NCBI GenBank assembly: GCA_009602735.1
Contig: WELA01003054.1
Location: 522,952-560,006 of the forward strand
Reading direction: 5' to 3'
Length of the DNA stretch: 37,055 bases
Source: Mesotaenium endlicherianum
Lineage: Eukaryota
Below the pieces are notes generated by a model, which saw only the letters and a program-made list of their open reading frames with translations, was not told the origin of the DNA and ran no database searches. Positions 33,900 to 37,055 of the stretch are shown here, piece after piece. Each line of letters opens with the position of its first letter. Position 1 is the stretch's first letter. The position numbers and the translations under genes were made by a program.

Positions 33900-35772
33900 C
33901 CTCCACACAATAGCCAGGACTAGTGTGAGACCGATGAGGACATATATATCATGCATCTCCTGCACACTCTGGCTGCCACCTTGGTCTACCATTTTCTCAG
34001 CCAGAAGTACCACAAGGTACAGCTATACCAGCGTCAAGCGAAAAGTAGCATTCTAGGACCTTAACCAACTTCTTGTGCTTAGTCTTGCGGTAGAATAAAT
34101 AGGTGCCAGCTATAAATAGGACTTGGTTGAAAGTTCTCCCATCCCAAAACTTCGCAGATGCTCCCAATTGTCACGTTAAGACTTCTTTGATAACAGAACT
34201 CGATGTTCCATCAGCAGCGTCAACAGGAATAACCCCCTACTACTCACAGCTATCAGCAACTAACAATTCTCCTGTCAGTGCGTGGCTATATATTATGTCT
34301 GTACTAATATGGTCAGGTCATGCAGTCAGTCAGTCATCATCAAGGCTCACATATTTTTGATTCAAAAACACTCCAGGTCCAACAAATATTTTTCCGCGCA
34401 GTCCGTACGTGTGTGTGAACCCTTTTTGCCAGAAGGAACGGATGGATGAGCAACATCGCGTGGATATGGCTTGCTAATAACCGGACTCACAGTACGGCAC
34501 TTGGCAGCAGCTTGGCAGTGCTTCGCAGTGCTTCGAAGTGTCTTGAGGTGCTCAGAAGAATCATGGCTTTCCGTTAAGGTGAACGAGGAACTACAATTAC
34601 CACTACATAATTCTTTGAACTTTTTGCTACCAGTTAACAGTAACAGTGAACGGGTCAGCACTGTATCATCATAGCGAGCGTATATTGTTTCTCAGCTAGC
34701 TCTATAAATGATTGGACTCGCCGAGTTGCATATTGTGAAAGCTCGTCTGTAGTTAGTTACTCATTTAGCTCCTTCTTATGACATGTTGGCTGATCAACCT
34801 TTGTCGAACACTCCAAAGCGAAAGGCAACTGTCGCAAATTTTTGTTGCAGATGACATACAATTATCGAGGTTAGTCTCTTACTTCTTGCCTGTGACAAAT
34901 GAATCAACAGTCATGTCAGAGTTCCGCAACTATCTAGTACTGTCTAGCTGAAGCAGAAAAGGACCGAGGGAACGGGGTGTTTGGATCGTGCTCTTTTTAT
35001 TGCCTAGAAGTTTAGGAATTGTTACCAGCCTTGGTACACAAGCTTAATATTTTAGTGATTCGTTTCGGTCTTAATGACCTTTTACAACGATCGGAAAATA
35101 ATAATCTCGAAGAAGACTTGAAAGTGAACATTCAGATTCTTATCAAGGTCTCGTAGTTGTTGCAGTTTAAAGAACTTGTGATTTATATAACATGCCCTCG
35201 TTGACACCATAAACTCTCTTTCCCATTCATTAAGCTGTAATGCAAATGCCATGATGGTTCATGGTCATTCTTTCTAGAGCATGGAGCTGGCGTGCAGATT
35301 GCTAGGTCCTTTTCAGGCAGCCCTGGCGATAGCTAGCTCCACTGAATGACTGCACAAAGCTGGCCTATCTTGCTGACAAAAGCATGCATGCCAAAAATTT
35401 AATGGATGTTCACAGGGGTTCGGTATTCCCAGGGTGTAGGAGCCTTCAAGGAGGGAGGTCGAGCTCTCTCAGGGTATGCCACTCTCAGTGTGGAGTAATA
35501 GTGAAGCACTGCAGGTGGACCGTGACCAGCGACAGCTTTGGAACTTCCACACCCACCATCGATAGACACAATTAGGCAGGGCCTTGCTGCTGAGGGGTAG
35601 CTGCCCATCAGCAGGCACCAGGCAGGGTTCTGGAAGACCGGGATAAACCTTCAGAGCATTGAGCGCAGGTTGCAGGCACGTGGTTTATTTAATCAGCTGC
35701 AAGGTGCAGGCTGCAGGCACTCGCAGGAGCTGCCGCTGACAGGCAGGGCAAGCAGCAGGGCAAGCAGCAGGC

Positions 35773-36273
35773 ATGGAGGTGGATGGGAGGCACTCCAACA
35801 GGAGGTTTACAGGGGGGAGTGGGAGGGGGGGGCACTCGTCAAACAGAAGTGGGCAGTCCAATAATGTGTGCCGGTTTTACATGGCTGGGCACTGCACCAA
35901 GGGGGATCAGTGCAACTGGTACCACCCCTCTCCCTCGGAGAGAGTAGCTCAGGGCGGCGGCGGGGGCGGCAGAGCTGCTGGGGGCTTTACCGGGGGAGGT
36001 TCCGGGGGTGGGGGTTTTAGCGGCAGCAAGCGGTCAAACTCTGCCGTCGCGACCAATGGCACCGGGGGGGAGAGGTGGGGGAGGCCCAGAGGCGCATCGA
36101 GGGGCGGGGGCGGGGGGAGGGGGGGTTTTGGCGACCGGTCGAAGCAGCGGACGCGCGCGTGCAACTATTGGCTGCGGGGCAGCTGCACCAAGGGCGACAA
36201 CTGCAACTTCCTGCACAGCCACGCCACTGCGCCCGACATCGAGATGATGACGGAGCTCAAGGGCCACGAGAAG
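35773..36273 (+). CDS. First coding exon of a ZFWD-type protein (two CCCH zinc fingers, RGG-rich linker, start of WD40 repeats); gene continues beyond the window
   Basis: CRFYMAGHCTKGDQCNWYH and CNYWLRGSCTKGDNCNFLH (C-x7-C-x5-C-x3-H), then ELKGHEK (WD40 GH motif) and donor AAG|GTGGGT followed by pyrimidine-rich intron sequence. Confidence 0.88.
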
Positions 36274-37055
36274 GTGGGTGGGGCTGCCTTTCGCTTTCCT
36301 GCTATTCCCTTCATCTCTTCCTCCCGCTCCTCCTCGTCCCATCCTCCTCCTCCCGCTCTTCCTCCCGTCCCCCTCCTCCTCCTTCTCACGTCGTCCTCCG
36401 CCTCCCACCCTCCTCCTCCTGCACGTCCTCCTCCCGTGCCTCCTCCCATTCCTCCTCCCCATTCCGCCTCGCTTTGCACCTTGTGCTGCCTTGAGGTCTC
36501 CCCCCCTACTCTTTCTTCTTGTTTTCTCCTCCTCCTATCCCTAGTTCTCCCACTCCTCCTCCTCCTCCTCTTCCTCCTGCCCCTGCTCCTGCTTCTTGCT
36601 CCCACCCCTGCTCCTGCTCTGCTGCCTTCTTCTATGCGCGTATGGTCATAGCAGGCAGAAGCACCTCATGTTCTTACATTGCAAACGACAACCACGCTGT
36701 TACCTGCCATGATATCGTCACAGTACACGCGGCACCTGTCTACTTGTATCTGCTGTTTCCCCTGCCCCCTCCACCTCTTACCCCTGTCCCTTGCCTTTGT
36801 CATCCACATCTGAATGCATGCACGTTGGGTAGTAGTCATTGGTCACTTGCTCGGCTGTATTGGACCGACCAGTTAATGGTGTTAGAGTCCAAGAAGGAGG
36901 GAAAGAAGGGGGCGGGGGGGGCGGGGGGGGCAGCGTGCATCCTGGGAGAGATGCAGCTAAGGTACATCTCACAATAGCGACTTGATGGCAGGGAGTGTAA
37001 GCGCGCCTAGCAGGCTCATTATCATGAAACTTCTGGCTCTCCCCCCCCCCTCCCC

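Noticed and set aside
36274..36651. Pro/Leu-rich hydrophobic C-terminus of ORF 35773-36651
   Set aside because: Read-through into a pyrimidine-rich intron after donor AAG|GTGGGT; the WD40 repeat should continue in a later exon.

Overview
Eukaryotic nuclear DNA from a plant-lineage genome. The gene families, group-I chromodomains and intron style suggest a streptophyte alga or early-diverging plant (inference; species not determinable). Bases 1-18075 are a nest of three chromodomain-bearing Ty3/gypsy LTR retrotransposon families, called A, B and C here. Element A is a decayed integrase-chromodomain plus a split 3' LTR, and its 5' side is fused to a B-type gag. Element C (2309-17569, TSD GATGT) is inserted in that LTR. 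C lacks reverse transcriptase and carries an extra sense ORF3 of about 555 aa with no recognisable family, preceded by a duplicated PPT and a good splice acceptor. An intact, young element B (9091-15770, minus strand, TSD CCTTG) sits inside ORF3, and an inverted A-family solo LTR (16157-16900, TSD TAAAT) sits in the 3' LTR of C. Both B and C show a slippery heptamer plus hairpin for -1 gag-pol frameshifting. The rest holds a 231-bp hAT-type MITE, a two-exon conserved plant gene of unknown function (DUF7804-like), a 13-exon DUF707 gene on the minus strand with microsatellite-rich introns and a probable GC-AG intron, and exon 1 of a ZFWD-type CCCH/WD40 gene. The best novelty candidate is the ORF3 accessory-gene module of element C. 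All family names come from recalled motifs, not database searches, and all counts were made by eye.
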